The notes: a model not told the origin generated them from the sequence alone. A DNA stretch of 62,975 nucleotides, filler included, from Octopus bimaculoides (GCF_001194135.2; 5 parts of 4 records of this genome joined end to end with filler, not necessarily neighbours in it); one strand, 5' to 3'; counted from the first letter of the whole stretch, positions 23,601 to 36,482 are shown. A program made the numbers and translations.

Positions 23601-26120
23601 ATCTGCCATCTGCTTCGAAAGGGTCTGAGCAGGTCTCTGAGGCATTTGCATCCCCGCCTATTTCTATCTTTCCCCACGTAGTCTATATGCGTGTCCAAGG
23701 TAGCATTCCAATCTCCCACTAAATGTAAAGGACGAGACGTTCCTAGGAATACTTCTAGACGTCGAAAGGAATCCGGCCGACCTGTTAAAGGCGGTGCATT
23801 GACTGATGGGGGTCGAAAATCACACCCATCGCTGCCGTCGACATCTAGGACAACCAGTCTACCCTCCGGGTCTACGAATATCGTCTTTTCTTCGAGCTCT
23901 AGACTCTTGCGAAAGACTACAGCTGTGCCACTACCGCCCAGCCTTGGCAGACAGGGAGAAAAATAAATGTTAAACTGTCCACCAAACATGGACTTTAGGG
24001 CTCGTGGCTCATGGAGTCAGGTCTCACTTATGGCTATGATTTCCAAATCGTGTGACTTTATGTCATTTAAGAGGTACCCTTGTTTCCAAGGGGACCCCCA
24101 AGCCACGCGCATTCACACAACCAATCTTGACCATGATCCTATTGAGTTGTGTGTTTTAAAATACAAACGAAAGGAACAGCAAGTTACAAACCGTTCGAAA
24201 GTTTTGTCTCCTCCTTTGATTTTTCATCAAGGAGGCTGTTGCAAAGTTTTTTCGATGACATCCTCCTACCGCATTGGGGTAGAGGGATTTTAGTGTGTGG
24301 TGCAATGTTGTTGTGATATGGTAAATTTTAATGTGTTCTGGTGGTGTTGTATATGGGTGGTCGCTCGTTTTAATGTTGTTTTCTGTAATCTTTGTTTTCG
24401 AGTTGATGTATTTCATCAACTCTGTGTTGTAAATGTTTATGGCTGTGAGCATGGTTTTCGTGGTGTTGGTGTTGTTTTATTAGAGTTGGAAATGTTTTCA
24501 GAAGCTGTGTATCTCCCTGCTTTGTTGGTGTTTGCTTTTGTTCTTTTTTTGCTCCTCTCCCTCCTTCCTTTTCTGGCTGTTTGCCAATCCTCACTACTTT
24601 CATCTTCCGACGAAAGTTCTGGGGAATCGGAAGGGGGTAAGGGCATGTTATAAACGTCTGTGTGTGTTTCTGTTTTCGTTGGTGTTGGTTGTTGGTTATT
24701 TGTGTTAAGGGTATGCCATATAGGGGAGAGGGATTCAGTTTTTGCATCTTTTGCTTTTCCTGTATCTCCACTTATTGGTGTTTTTCCAGGAGTTGTTTTG
24801 TTGTTGATTGTTGGTGTTGTTTTTTATTGTCTGTTGTGTTGAAAGTGCTTTGGGTAGCAAGGTTTTATTTCCAGGTTTTGGTAGTGATTGTTGTTGTTGT
24901 TGCTGTTCTGGTTTTTTGGCGGCAGTTGGACAATCATTTTTCAGATGTGTCTTGCTGTTGCACAAATAACACCGTGGCCGTCTGCCCTCCATCACTACAT
25001 GTAACTTTATCCTTCTGCTAATTGAATACTTGTGGGTAATTAATTAATCGATTCTTGATCGATCTGTAAAAGTATCTCCAGCATTTTACCCACCCAGTTT
25101 TGCTGTTCAAGGACAGCAATTTCTAAAATGTTAGTTTCCTCCATTTCGAAGCAGATGGTGGATAATAACCATTGCGTCTCTACCTCTGGAGGCACATTCT
25201 TTATTGTCACCCTTATGACTCTCTGCCCAAGATAACTGGGTATCATTATCAACTGGTCTGTACAAAGAGTAAGTGTTGAGAATTGTTTTGCTAAGTTTTC
25301 ACAGTGAAAACGCACTTGAACAGTGGCAAATTTATGCCACCGATTGATGTATCCTTTATGTGTCCATACAGGGCGAAGGCATTTTTCAATTATTTCCTGT
25401 GCTGTGTTCTCGGGTTGTTTTCGTTTTTGTACTCAATATTTTGTAGATGATGGTTCTTTTTGTGTTTGTTCTAAAATGTTCTGTAGGATGTGTAAGTGTA
25501 AAGTTTCGCCTTCTTTGTGGAGCAGTGTTTTTGTTTCTTTTATTTGTTGATCAGTGAACGATACAGTTGTTTTTTTCTTTTTTGTCTTATCGCTTCAGCG
25601 AAATTTGTTTTTTCTTTTGTGGTGGTGGTGGCAGAGGTGTCAGCTGCAGCAGTTGAAGGTGAAGTTGTAGTGGTGGTGTTGGTATTTTCTTTCGTAGAGG
25701 TCATGGCCGACGGCTTTGCGACGATATCGTTGTTGTTGTTGGTGGTGGTGGTATCCATGTTTACATTTGTATTTTTTTGTGTGAGATTTCTCTTTTCCTC
25801 GCTTCTTTCATGAAGTTGTGGTGAAAGTAGTGTAGGAAACTCGATGTCAAAGGATTTTCCAAGGAGCCTGGCGTTCGTTACAAAACTGTCTTTATGGCTT
25901 GAGAACGCCATCTTCGAATGAAAAATGACTAAGAAAGCTGACAACAAATTCACAAAATCAGGAAACACGCCACGAAGGGCAGGTTTCCTGTGCAAACAAT
26001 TTGCACGATCGAATCTATTAGTTGTTGCACAACTTTTACATAAAAAATATTATACACTTTTGAAGGTAAAAAGATATTATACACTTTTGAAGGCACAAAA
26101 AGAAAACTTACTCCGAGTCG
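20655..26120 (-). mobile_element. Near full-length decayed Tx1/L1-like non-LTR retrotransposon (ORF1 + ORF2)
   Basis: ORF1 from ATG 25911 contains the zinc knuckle CYLCNSKTHLKNDC. ORF2 from ATG 24134 contains MVKIGCVNARGL...IIAISET, LVGDWNA (APE), KSPGLDGLPFELY and KILAKVLAKRL (RT), and C-terminal CPRCGQSDETVLHALVLC. AATAAA at 20664-20669 (minus). RT middle lies in an N gap; several stops and frameshifts. Confidence 0.88.
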
Positions 26121-26142
26121 ATGTGACTATCGTCCGTCCATA

Positions 26143-26154
26143 GGATAGATAGAT

Positions 26155-26194
<40 letters not shown>

Positions 26195-26345
26195 GTAGGT
26201 AGGTAGGTAGGTAGGTAGGTAGGTAGGTAGGTAGACACAGAGACACACACACAGATACATACATACATACATACATACATACATACATACATACACACAT
26301 ACATACACACATACATACAAACATACATACATACATACATACATA
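26143..26345. repeat. Compound tetranucleotide microsatellite (GATA)n-(GGTA)n-(TACA)n
   Basis: Direct reading. Confidence 0.95.
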
Positions 26346-26402
26346 CTCAGTTTTCTCAGAAATGAGTATTCACACTATTCTTGTTTTTTTTTTCTGTTGC
26401 AG

Positions 26403-26488
26403 CTAAATTTGAAAGTATGGATGAAAAGCCTGTACCAAAACACGCTCTAGATACTCTGACCATGGATATCGGGACCCAAAGGTCAGAT
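26403..26488 (+). CDS. Candidate internal exon of an unidentified gene ((A)KFESMDEKPVPKHALDTLTMDIGTQRSD)
   Basis: Strong acceptor ttcttgttttttttttctgttgcag, consensus donor gat|gtaagt, open frame, phase 1 to 0. Confidence 0.5.
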
Positions 26489-26957
26489 GTAAGTGATGTC
26501 CATCTCAGTTGTTCTTGTTTTGCTGTGTGTTCTCTGATAGCTTATAATATTGAATAGGATATAGATATCTCCGTCTACTACAGAACTACGATTCAAAATC
26601 ATGATTATTTCGAGTTCGATTATTCAGATCACTCTTCAACTATCTACTAATGATGTTGAGTAGACGGACTCTGCCTGACCCCCATCGAATGGATTGTACG
26701 TACGCTTGGCTAGTTTTTCCTTTTTCTTGTTGTGTTGTTCTATTTAACGTCACTACCTGACATCTGAAATAGGAGCCCTAATCAGCGACCATTAGGTTTC
26801 AAGCATTCGAGTGAGGTTTCTAGGTAGAGGATATATTACTCCCTCTCAACAAACTTGGAGACCATGTAACACAATATGCGCTTTGTATTTCCTTTCAATT
26901 ATAAGATATGCGTGTTGAGATGTGTATATGTGTGTGCATATATATGTGTATATATGT

Positions 26958-26998
<41 letters not shown>

Positions 26999-27097
26999 NN
27001 NNNNNNNNNNNNNNNNNNNNNNNNNNNNNNNNNNNNNNNNNNNNNNNNNNNNNNNNNNNNNNNNNNNNNNNNNNNNNNNNNNNNNNNNNNNNNNNNN

Positions 27098-27157
<60 letters not shown>

Positions 27158-27329
27158 GGACGATGAAATGGGTGCTCAACACCGCATTGCAGAATATAGA
27201 ATTTCTTTATTTGTGAATTAGGGTTATTATTGGTTTCATGATAAGAAAAGTAGGAAAATATCCTAGCGTCTTAATAATTTTTCAAGCCGATCACATGGAG
27301 AGGGGTGCTCAACTCCAGTAAAATTCAAC

Positions 27330-29130
27330 CAAAATTCCAACCAGTTCCAATACGCATTACAGACATACATCGAACCTTTCAAAATATCAACGAATATGTT
27401 TATTAAAGCAGGAAAAACAAAAACATATTTATGAAGTAAGCAATCAAATATACAATAAACTACTAACCGACAATATAACTAAAGCATACAAGAAAATAAA
27501 CCCCACCACTTGTAATTCAATTAATATAGATGCAATATATCCAGCCACAAAGTTTAAAATAGAAGACAAAGTAGATAAACTTATCCCACGAAATCTTTTT
27601 ATAAATTTAGAAGACTATAAAAATAATTTCACACAAAATCCTAGCTGCAGATTAATAAATCCCACAAAAAGTGAAATAGGAGTTATTAGTAAATCTATAT
27701 TAGATAATATTATACGACATATCAGAGAATACTCAAATCTTACCCAGTGGATATGCAGTAGTGCAACTATTGAATGGTTTAAGAAAATAGAAGTTAAACC
27801 CAAATGCAAGTTCATACAATTTGACATCGTAGAGTTCTACCCCTCTATCTCCAAAATTCAGAAGGCATTTGAATTTTGCAAAACGTACGTCACTATAACT
27901 AATATTGATATAGACATAATTATGAACGCAAGGATGTCAAAGCTCTTTCAGGATAATTACTACTGGATAAAAAAGAATGGAGATGAGTTATTTGACGAGA
28001 CAATTGTAAGTTATGACGGTGTAGAGATAGCTGATCTTGTAGGCCTTTATATCCTAGATGCCCTTCGAAAGAAATAAAAGAAGCTAACGAACATGATATG
28101 GATAGAATGATGAAAAGTTCTGCAAAATATTTAGCCAATTAGGCCTAAGAACCACAATTAGTACAAACCTTAAAGAATTCAACTTCCTAGACATTAACAT
28201 GAATCTTAACACAGGAAAATTTAAACCCTACCATAAAGAAAATGAGGAAGTCTCGTACATGGACGTAGATTCCAACCACCCACCAGCAGTAATTAAACAA
28301 ATAGTTTGCAACATTAGCAGGCGGATCTCCAATTTATCCGTCGAGAAAGACACTTTTGAAAAAGCCGCCTCGTATTATATGCTGCCTTAGAAAGGTCCAA
28401 CTTCAAGAAGAGCATACACTACATTGAACCAAATATAAATAGACAAAGAAGACGCAGACAAAGGAAATTCTTATGGTTCAACCCATAAATGCAGCTAGTA
28501 ACATAGGTAGGAAATTCTTAAAACTAATAGACAACTACTTTCCACATTCAAACAAATACCATAAGATCTTCAACAGAAATACTGTTAAAGTTATCCATAG
28601 TTGCCTCCCAAATATACGATCAGTAATACTTAATCACAATAAACATAAATACACCGCCCCCCAGAAAGACAATGCAACTTCGGATCCCCAAACCGCTGCC
28701 CTCTAAATGACAACTGTCTCAAGAAAGAACTCGTATACAAGGCCAAGATCACGGGTCTCAACGGAATAGCAAAGATGTATATCGGAATGACGGGTAACTT
28801 GTTCAAGAAACAGCAACATCTTATGTCATTCAGAAACAAAGAGAAAAAATGTGTCATCCTATCAAATACAATTTGGACATTGAAAGAAGGTAGAAAAAGC
28901 AACCCCCAAATAGAATGGAAAATTATTGCTAAAACCAAAAAATACAGAAATGGGGTATTAAATGTGAATTCTGTATTAAACATTAAACAATCAACAGATA
29001 ACATCTTAAACATTGCATACACAAACAATATTTTACATTCAAATATTTCAAAGGACCCCCCCCCCATAAACGAGTTTAAATTCGTCAGGATAGCCCCTTT
29101 CCTAAACGTGAACACATAGCACATAAACTT
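27330..29130 (+). mobile_element. Penelope-like element (Naiad-type), RT plus GIY-YIG endonuclease, decayed
   Basis: RLINPTKSEIGVISK, FIQFDIVEFYPSISK, EIADLVGLYIL, SNHPPAVIKQI, RKFLWFNP, KIFNRNTVKV, CPLNDNCLKKELVYKAKI...MYIGMT and IEWKII. Frameshifts and stops present. Confidence 0.85.
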
Positions 29131-29663
29131 CACAGAAAAAAGGAATAAGCCCCAATAACGTACTACCTCAACATATAAGTAGAAAACCACCATGCCCAGA
29201 ACAAAAGCAAATAAATCATGCAAATTTAATGAAAAGACAAATCAAAGGGAGACAAACTCCAAATGATGCCACTCTAGAGTAACGTCCCTTGATTCATTGA
29301 ATCATTGTTTCATCCACGCACATTGACGAGACATCCCGTGAACGAAGTGAGACTGTTTTCCAAAATGGAGGCGAACACCTTTCTCCATNNNNNNNNNNNN
29401 NNNNNNNNNNNNNNNNNNNNNNNNNNNNNNNNNNNNNNNNNNNNNNNNNNNNNNNNNNNNNNNNNNNNNNNNNNNNNNNNNNNNNNNNNNNNNNNNNNNN
29501 NNNNNNNNNNNNNNNNNNNNNNNNNNNNNNNNNNNNNNNNNNNNNNNNNNNNNNNNNNNNNNNNNNNNNNNNNNNNNNNNNNNNNNNNNNNNNNNNNNNN
29601 NNNNNNNNNNNNNNNNNNNNNNNNNNNNNNNNNNNNNNNNNNNNNNNNNNNNNNNNNNNNNNN

Positions 29664-29723
<60 letters not shown>

Positions 29724-29744
29724 TGTGTGTGCATATACAGATAT

Positions 29745-29975
29745 ATAGGACGCCATGATAGAGTGCTTACAACACTTGCTCACAACCAAGAGCAGGAAAG
29801 GCTCAAGAAATATCATCATCAGAGGAAGGCAACAGCACAGCAATTAAGTTCATGAAAGAGGGAGAGAGACCAGTGGAGTCAGCAAAAACAATACATAGAT
29901 TGCTGCATGGACCTCAACCATGGGATACGAAAGTGGACTCAGGGGAGAGATTGCAGTTTCCCCAGGTTGTCTATT
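29745..29975 (+). mobile_element. Possible RLE-type LINE (NeSL/Hero/R4-like) C-terminal fragment
   Basis: GRHDRVLTTLAH...FMKEGERP...WDTKVDSGERLQFP resembles the xRHxxVL...DW...LxFP segment before the restriction-like endonuclease. Confidence 0.45.
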
Positions 29976-30818
29976 TCAAAACATCCAATTCATTAAAGTT
30001 CAGTAAGATACACACAAAACTAACAGCAACAGCAAATTTTATAAGGAAAACAAATTTAAGTAAAACCAGATACCATCCATGGATAAAGTTAAAATTTTAG
30101 TTTTCACAGGAAGATTATACATTAAGGTGAAAGATCAAAAATATGCTATAAAAGTTTAATTTCAATTTAAATATGCAATGATATGCTTATGTAGAAAATA
30201 AGAGTTGTTGCGCCCAAAACATGTATATAGATAGATGATAAGCAGTTTTCTTTGTTATAGTACTTTATTACAGTGACTAAATCGGAGAAACATTACTTTC
30301 ATTATTCACACATCGTCACTCTTCTGATACAATACTTTGTAATTTTGGTTCAAATTGAAAATGTAAAACTGTTTTCACATTCTAATGAAACCTGGTCGTT
30401 GTAAAGNNNNNNNNNNNNNNNNNNNNNNNNNNNNNNNNNNNNNNNNNNNNNNNNNNNNNNNNNNNNNNNNNNNNNNNNNNNNNNNNNNNNNNNNNNNNNN
30501 NNNNNNNNNNNNNNNNNNNNNNNNNNNNNNNNNNNNNNNNNNNNNNNNNNNNNNNNNNNNNNNNNNNNNNNNNNNNNNNNNNNNNNNNNNNNNNNNNNNN
30601 NNNNNNNNNNNNNNNNNNNNNNNNNNNNNNNNNNNNNNNNNNNNNNNNNNNNNNNNNNNNNNNNNNNNNNNNNNNNNNNNNNNNNNNNNNNNNNNNNNNN
30701 NNNNNNNNNNNNNNNNNNNNNNNNNNNNNNNNNNNNNNNNNNNNNNNGAAGGGACAAACAATTCAAGGTTTCCCTTATAACACTGCTGACCCCCGTTGTT
30801 TTGTTCTATTTTTTTCAG

Positions 30819-30908
30819 GTGCCGAAGCCACCAGAACGCCCAACAGACGTCGACAAAACACCAAACGTAGAAAACAAAAAAGAAAAGGAATCGAAAGAAC
30901 GCTTCTAA
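30819..30908 (+). CDS. Candidate terminal exon (VPKPPERPTDVDKTPNVENKKEKESKERF*)
   Basis: Strong acceptor ttgttctatttttttcag; phase-0 frame open to TAA; phase-compatible with 26403-26488. Confidence 0.45.
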   Translation: MPKPPERPTDVDKTPNVENKKEKESKERF

Positions 30909-31331
30909 CATTCTCCTGCTACGTTTCCTAATTTTCAATCTATGTTCAAACGCGCGCGCGAACACACACACACACACACACACACATGCACACAGACAGT
31001 ATTTTTCTTTTTACGTAATCAATGTCTCAAGTACAGAAATTAAATATCTAATTTCAATGTAGACGTGAGGTAACAGCTTGCTAAATAAACTATGAATTAA
31101 TCGACTTATTGTATTGTTATTGCTATAATAATTATTATTATAATTATTATTATTATTATTATTATTATCCATATACACTCAACAGATTAGACTGTTGGAA
31201 AAGAGAACCTTCCTACTGGGTTACAGGGAGTAAACTTTTGTGATATATATATATATATATATATATAAGGTTAAAAAAATAATGTTCAGAAATACGTGTT
31301 GATCACAGTATCGAAAGCTTATTTCAGGATG

Positions 31332-31417
31332 TTGTGGTACACGTGTTTCGAGCTTTATACACAAACTGTCATTACATCAGTATATAAAGGATGGTTTAAA
31401 GCGATCTTCAGCCGCAA
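31332..31417 (-). ncRNA. Type I hammerhead ribozyme, family H2 (left arm of inverted pair)
   Basis: Minus strand: UUGCGG, CUGAAGA, U, CGCUUUA/~37-nt loop/UAAAGCU, C, GAA-ACACGUGU-A, then CCACAA. Predicted cut between 31338 and 31337. Confidence 0.7.
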
Positions 31418-31604
31418 ACATTCACTCTATGCTGAATTGTGGTACAGTATGGGCAGATTTCTCAATACCAACGAACATTTATGCAGATATAACAGTTTAA
31501 AGGATAAGCCTATTATAATGGATAATACTAAGTGGACTTTTCCTGTCTCTCTCTCTCTCTTTTTCTTTTTTTCTTTGTGATGTAATCTTGGGTCTGAATG
31601 TATT

Positions 31605-31707
31605 TGCGGCTGAAGATAGCTTTAAACCATCCTTTCTATCAACAATATATACTCATATAATGATACAATGACAGTTTGTGTATAAAGCTTGAAACACGTG
31701 TACCGCG
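31605..31707 (+). ncRNA. Type I hammerhead ribozyme, family H2 (right arm)
   Basis: UGCGG, CUGAAGA (31610-31616), U, AGCUUUA/58-nt loop/UAAAGCU, U, GAA (31691) plus palindrome ACACGUGU, GUA site, then CCGCG pairing with UGCGG. Predicted cut after 31702. Confidence 0.8.
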
Positions 31708-31941
31708 ATATCCTTTGTGTTCTGTTTTCAATTTACGTTTAATATATTCTTTCACCTCTGCCACTATCCGGCATATACAGGTGCTTACACTTATCAAGTA
31801 TTACCTCTAAAATTTACAGTACCTACGCNNNNNNNNNNNNNNNNNNNNNNNNNNNNNNNNNNNNNNNNNNNNTTAATTAATTAANNNNNNNNNNNNNNNN
31901 NNNNNNNNNNNNNNNNNNNNNNNNNNNNATATATATATATA

Positions 31942-33260
31942 TACTGAACAATACACAGCATGGCTTCCGTCCAGGAAGAAGCTGCTTCACACAAATCCTA
32001 CAACACTATGACTGGGTTTTAAAACAGCTGCTTGACCATTCGGATGTCAGTGTGATATACCTTGACTTTCCAAAGGCATTTGATAAGGTAGATCACGGTA
32101 TGATATGTCATAAGCTACGAGACCTTGCATTGCTGATAAACTGGGACAGTGGCTGCACGACATCCTTAAAGACAGAAGTCAGGTAGCTGCAGCCAATGAT
32201 GCCCTTTATGAGGATACTCATCTCCCAGGGAACTGTTCTGGGGCCATTACTGTTCATAATAGCCCCCTTAGACATACCCACGGTCACTCAGACAAATACT
32301 GTCACTAGGTATACCGATGATATAAAATTATCACAGGCAATAAAAAAAATCAAGATGATGTCATTAGATTTCAGCGGGACCTGAATTCGATATACAAGTG
32401 GGCCGAAATAAACAACATGCAGTTTAATGCTTGAAAATTTCCGGCACTGCACTATCAACTCACGAATGCACCACAGCCTGCATATATAGGACCTAAAAGC
32501 ACTATAATCCCTGAGTCACAGGCAGTGAAAGACTTGGGGATCAGTGTATGCCATGATGCATCATGTACATTACCAAAATGGCAGCAAAGTGCAGACAACT
32601 GGGAGGATGGATACTGAGTTCCTTCAAGACAAGAGACCAAGAAACTATGTTGAAACTGTGGAGAACCTTTTTTCTCAACCACCTGGACTGCTGCTCCCAG
32701 TTATGGTCACCACATAGTGCCAAACAGCTGAGTTTTAAACAGTCTAAAGCCACTACACTAGAAAGATTGAAACAGTGCAGCGAATGAGCCAGAGAGATAG
32801 GCTGGGAAAATTGCAACTTTACTCTCTGGAGCGAAGGCGCGAGAGATATGCAATAATCTACATTTGGAAAACTCTAGAAGGGCTAGTATCTAATTTCAGC
32901 ATTGAGAGTTATACAAATGCCAGAACTGGCCGCCATTATATTGTACCAAAGGTAGCATCCGCTCCATATAAATTCAGGACCATGTACTACAATAATCTAG
33001 GGTTTACAGGCCCACAGCTCTTCAATGCTCTGCCACAAAAATTAAGAAGTCTGAACAAGGTGGAAGTAGATGTCTTCAGAAAGGAACTAGACATCTTCCT
33101 CTCCACAATACTGGATGAACCAGCAGCCCGACATGAGGTGCAGACGAGGGCAACAGAAATAAACTCACTTATACACCAAATGGCCCAACAGCTGGGACAA
33201 AAGCACATACAGGAGTGGTGATGTGAAACACATCAGACTGAGAAAATCAGAAAGACCACG
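31942..33260 (+). mobile_element. CR1/L2-group LINE, RT and 3' end, decayed
   Basis: QHGFRPGRSCFTQ, YLDFPKAFDKVDHG, QGTVLGPLLFII, YTDDIKL and LQLYSLERRRERYAIIYIWK. Confidence 0.88.
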
Positions 33261-33316
33261 GTGGTGCTCCAGTCTGACTGCAGCCCCGCATCATGGCCGA
33301 AATGAGTAAAAGAGTA

Positions 33317-33354
<38 letters not shown>

Positions 33355-33465
33355 NNNNNNNNNNNNNNNNNNNNNNNNNNNNNNNNNNNNNNNNNNNNNN
33401 NNNNNNNNNNNNNNNNNNNNNNNNNNNNNNNNNNNNNNNNNNNNNNNNNNNNNNNNNNNNNNNNN

Positions 33466-33515
<50 letters not shown>

Positions 33516-33609
33516 AACCAGAAATGGCTCTGAAAAAGGTAGCGTTAATTTTTTTAGGTAGTTCAATTTTTCTCAACTGATCAATAGCCCAATTAGATAA
33601 ACCCACCAG

Positions 33610-34730
33610 TATAATGACTACTGGAAACAGCTGTAAGCCAAATTTGCTCTAATAAAGGAAAAATATGTAATGACATCTACTCCCACTTCATGGAAATCCC
33701 TCAGATGTTTTGACAAGGCGTTGAATATCCGTGGGGTCTTGAATCCTATGGCATTGCAGTACATCGTCCTCACTCTAGATGGCACAGCTGGGACCTTTGG
33801 AACAGTGCAGGGACCTACAAATCGAGGTCTGGTATGGCTCTCGATTCCAAACTTTGGTGCCAGCCCCTCCAATATCTTCCATACATATAGCATTGTATAC
33901 TTTCCACACATATGTGTGTCTTCCACCCCTGTATCACTCTTCCGTCTTTGCTCCAGGGAGTAGTCGTAGCTCTTTCAGTCTCTCCCAGCTTCTCAGCTAT
34001 TCCATTGATACAATCTTCCTTGTGTAACATTGCTGAACCTCCTACATTCTGCTATTAATCTCACACTGACTATTTGCCTGTATTGAATTTCACGTTGTTT
34101 TCCTTAGCCCATTTATATATGGCATCAAGGTCTTTTTGTAGATTAACGTCAGAAGGTTCCTTGACTGCTTGTACTACTTTTGTGCCGTCGACATAACTAT
34201 TAAGTGTGGCTGTCTGTGTAACTGATGGCATGTCTGACAGAGCCACTATGAACAGCAGCGGCTCCAGTCCAGTTCCTTGAGGCACTCCACTGACTGTTAC
34301 GGTTTCCTTGGAGAGGGCTCCATTGGCTGCTACAAACTTGCTTCTGTCTTTTAAGAAGTCATGCAACCACTCTCCGAGTTACCCGGCTATTCTGAGTCTC
34401 CGAAGCTTTTGACATATCATCCAATGATCAACCTTATCAAAGGCATTTGCAAAACAAGATATATCACATCCACGTTTGAGCGATTCATTAAATATTTCAA
34501 CACTTAGTCAAAGAGCTGCAAAAGTTGTGTAAGGCAGCTCTTCCCAAGCGAAAGCCATACTACGTGTCAGGTAGCAAGTCATTATCTTCAAGGAACGCAA
34601 TTAGTGTATCCTGACAATGAGTTCCATGACTTTGCTGGCGTGGGAAGTTAGAGAGACAAGTCTATAATTTATAGCATCTGCTCTGCTACCTCTCATAAGG
34701 ATAGGACACCATAAGGGCTTTTCTTTTTCG
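33610..34730 (-). mobile_element. CR1/L2-group LINE RT fragment, same family, inverted orientation
   Basis: MHDFLKDRSKFVAANGALS...SGVPQGTGLEPLLFIVALSD...YVDGTKV and YVWKILEGLAPKFGIE. Confidence 0.85.
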
Positions 34731-34759
34731 CAGAAATTAACCTAAGGATTTATTTCTTG

Positions 34760-34879
34760 TCAGATTACTACTTCTTCTAGCGTTTTCTTTTATCGAAACG
34801 CTAAGTTACGGGTGTGTAGACGCACCTACACCGATTATGAAGCGATGGCGGGGGACAAACACAAGACACACACACATAC

Positions 34880-34916
<37 letters not shown>

Positions 34917-35414
34917 NNNNNNNNNNNNNNNNNNNNNNNNNNNNNNNNNNNNNNNNNNNNNNNNNNNNNNNNNNNNNNNNNNNNNNNNNNNNNNNNNNNN
35001 NNNNNNNNNNNNNNNNNNNNNNNNNNNNNNNNNNNNNNNNNNNNNNNNNNNNNNNNNNNNNNNNNNNNNNNNNNNNNNNNNNNNNNNNNNNNNNNNNNNN
35101 NNNNNNNNNNNNNNNNNNNNNNNNNNNNNNNNNNNNNNNNNNNNNNNNNNNNNNNNNNNNNNNNNNNNNNNNNNNNNNNNNNNNNNNNNNNNNNNNNNNN
35201 NNNNNNNNNNNNNNNNNNNNNNNNNNNNNNNNNNNNNNNNNNNNNNNNNNNNNNNNNNNNNNNNNNNNNNNNNNNNNNNNNNNNNNNNNNNNNNNNNNNN
35301 NNNNNNNNNNNNNNNNNNNNNNNNNNNNNNNNNNNNNNNNNNNNNNNNNNNNNNNNNNNNNNNNNNNNNNNNNNNNNNNNNNNNNNNNNNNNNNNNNNNN
35401 NNNNNNNNNNNNNN

Positions 35415-35463
<49 letters not shown>

Positions 35464-35626
35464 CATATATATATATATATACATACATATATATATATCT
35501 ACATACATATATACATATATATATATACATATGCATACATATATATATACATACATATATATATACATACATATATATACACATAATTATATACATATAT
35601 GTATATACATAAACATATATATATAT

Positions 35627-35675
<49 letters not shown>

Positions 35676-35845
35676 CATATACATATGCGACGGGCTTCCT
35701 TTAGTTTCTGTCTACCAAATCCACTCACAAAGCTTCGGTCGGCCCGCGACTATAGTAGAACATGATTGTCCAAAGTGCCTCACAACGGTACTGAACCCGG
35801 AACCGTGTGGTTGGGAAGCAGGCGTCTTACCACCACACTCATGCC
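34760..35845 (-). mobile_element. SINE family B interrupted by internal (TA)n/(CA)n tract and N gap
   Basis: 5' half at 35690-35845 and 3' half at 34760-34870 match the intact copy at 61778-62182. Confidence 0.7.
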
Positions 35846-35943
35846 CTGTTTGCTTGCTTGAATGTCTGCATACACACACGCAGTCACGTATATAATGTGT
35901 GTGAGAGAGAGAGGGAAAGATAGGTAGATAGATAGAGATAGAT

Positions 35944-36024
<81 letters not shown>

Positions 36025-36482
36025 AATAAAGAGAGAGTTACAAGAGAAGAAAAAAGATTGAGAAAGAAGTAAAGAGCCTGTAAGAGCTATTGAAATTTCC
36101 GGACAAAAAGACAAATTGCTAAGCATTCTGCTGTTTGATTCTCTTTGTCCATTCAATGTTGAGTCTTTAGTATATCGCCAGGTTAATCTCTATTACACCA
36201 TCAAATCAATAGTAGCTCTATTATGCATCGAATTCTTAACCGCTTTTGGAATCAAAACAGGTGTCTCAACAATGAACGATCGCCGTAAGATCAGTTACCA
36301 TCCTGAAATAACTTATCATACTATTTTAAGCATTAATTTAATTTTATTTTTTAATGACTTCATTTCATTTGTTACGAAACTTTTGTGAACAAAAGGAAGA
36401 CTTCCACTCCTATACCATATGCTTTGTTTAAACCAGTAGCCGGGTTGTTATGGGTTTTTATCAATAATATATGGATAACATT

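Noticed and set aside
20610-26125. gactc/gagtcga motifs at both ends of the Tx1 region as TIRs
   Set aside because: Only 7 nt match; the interior is clearly a LINE.
29083-29089. Minus-strand CUGACGA near the Penelope 3' end
   Set aside because: No helix II, helix III or helix I; it lies within remnant coding sequence.
31873-31884. TTAATTAATTAA islands inside N runs (also 52465-52476, 56819-56830, 60732-60743)
   Set aside because: An identical 12-mer centred in ~100-base gaps, with stops in all six frames; a scaffolding linker, not biology.
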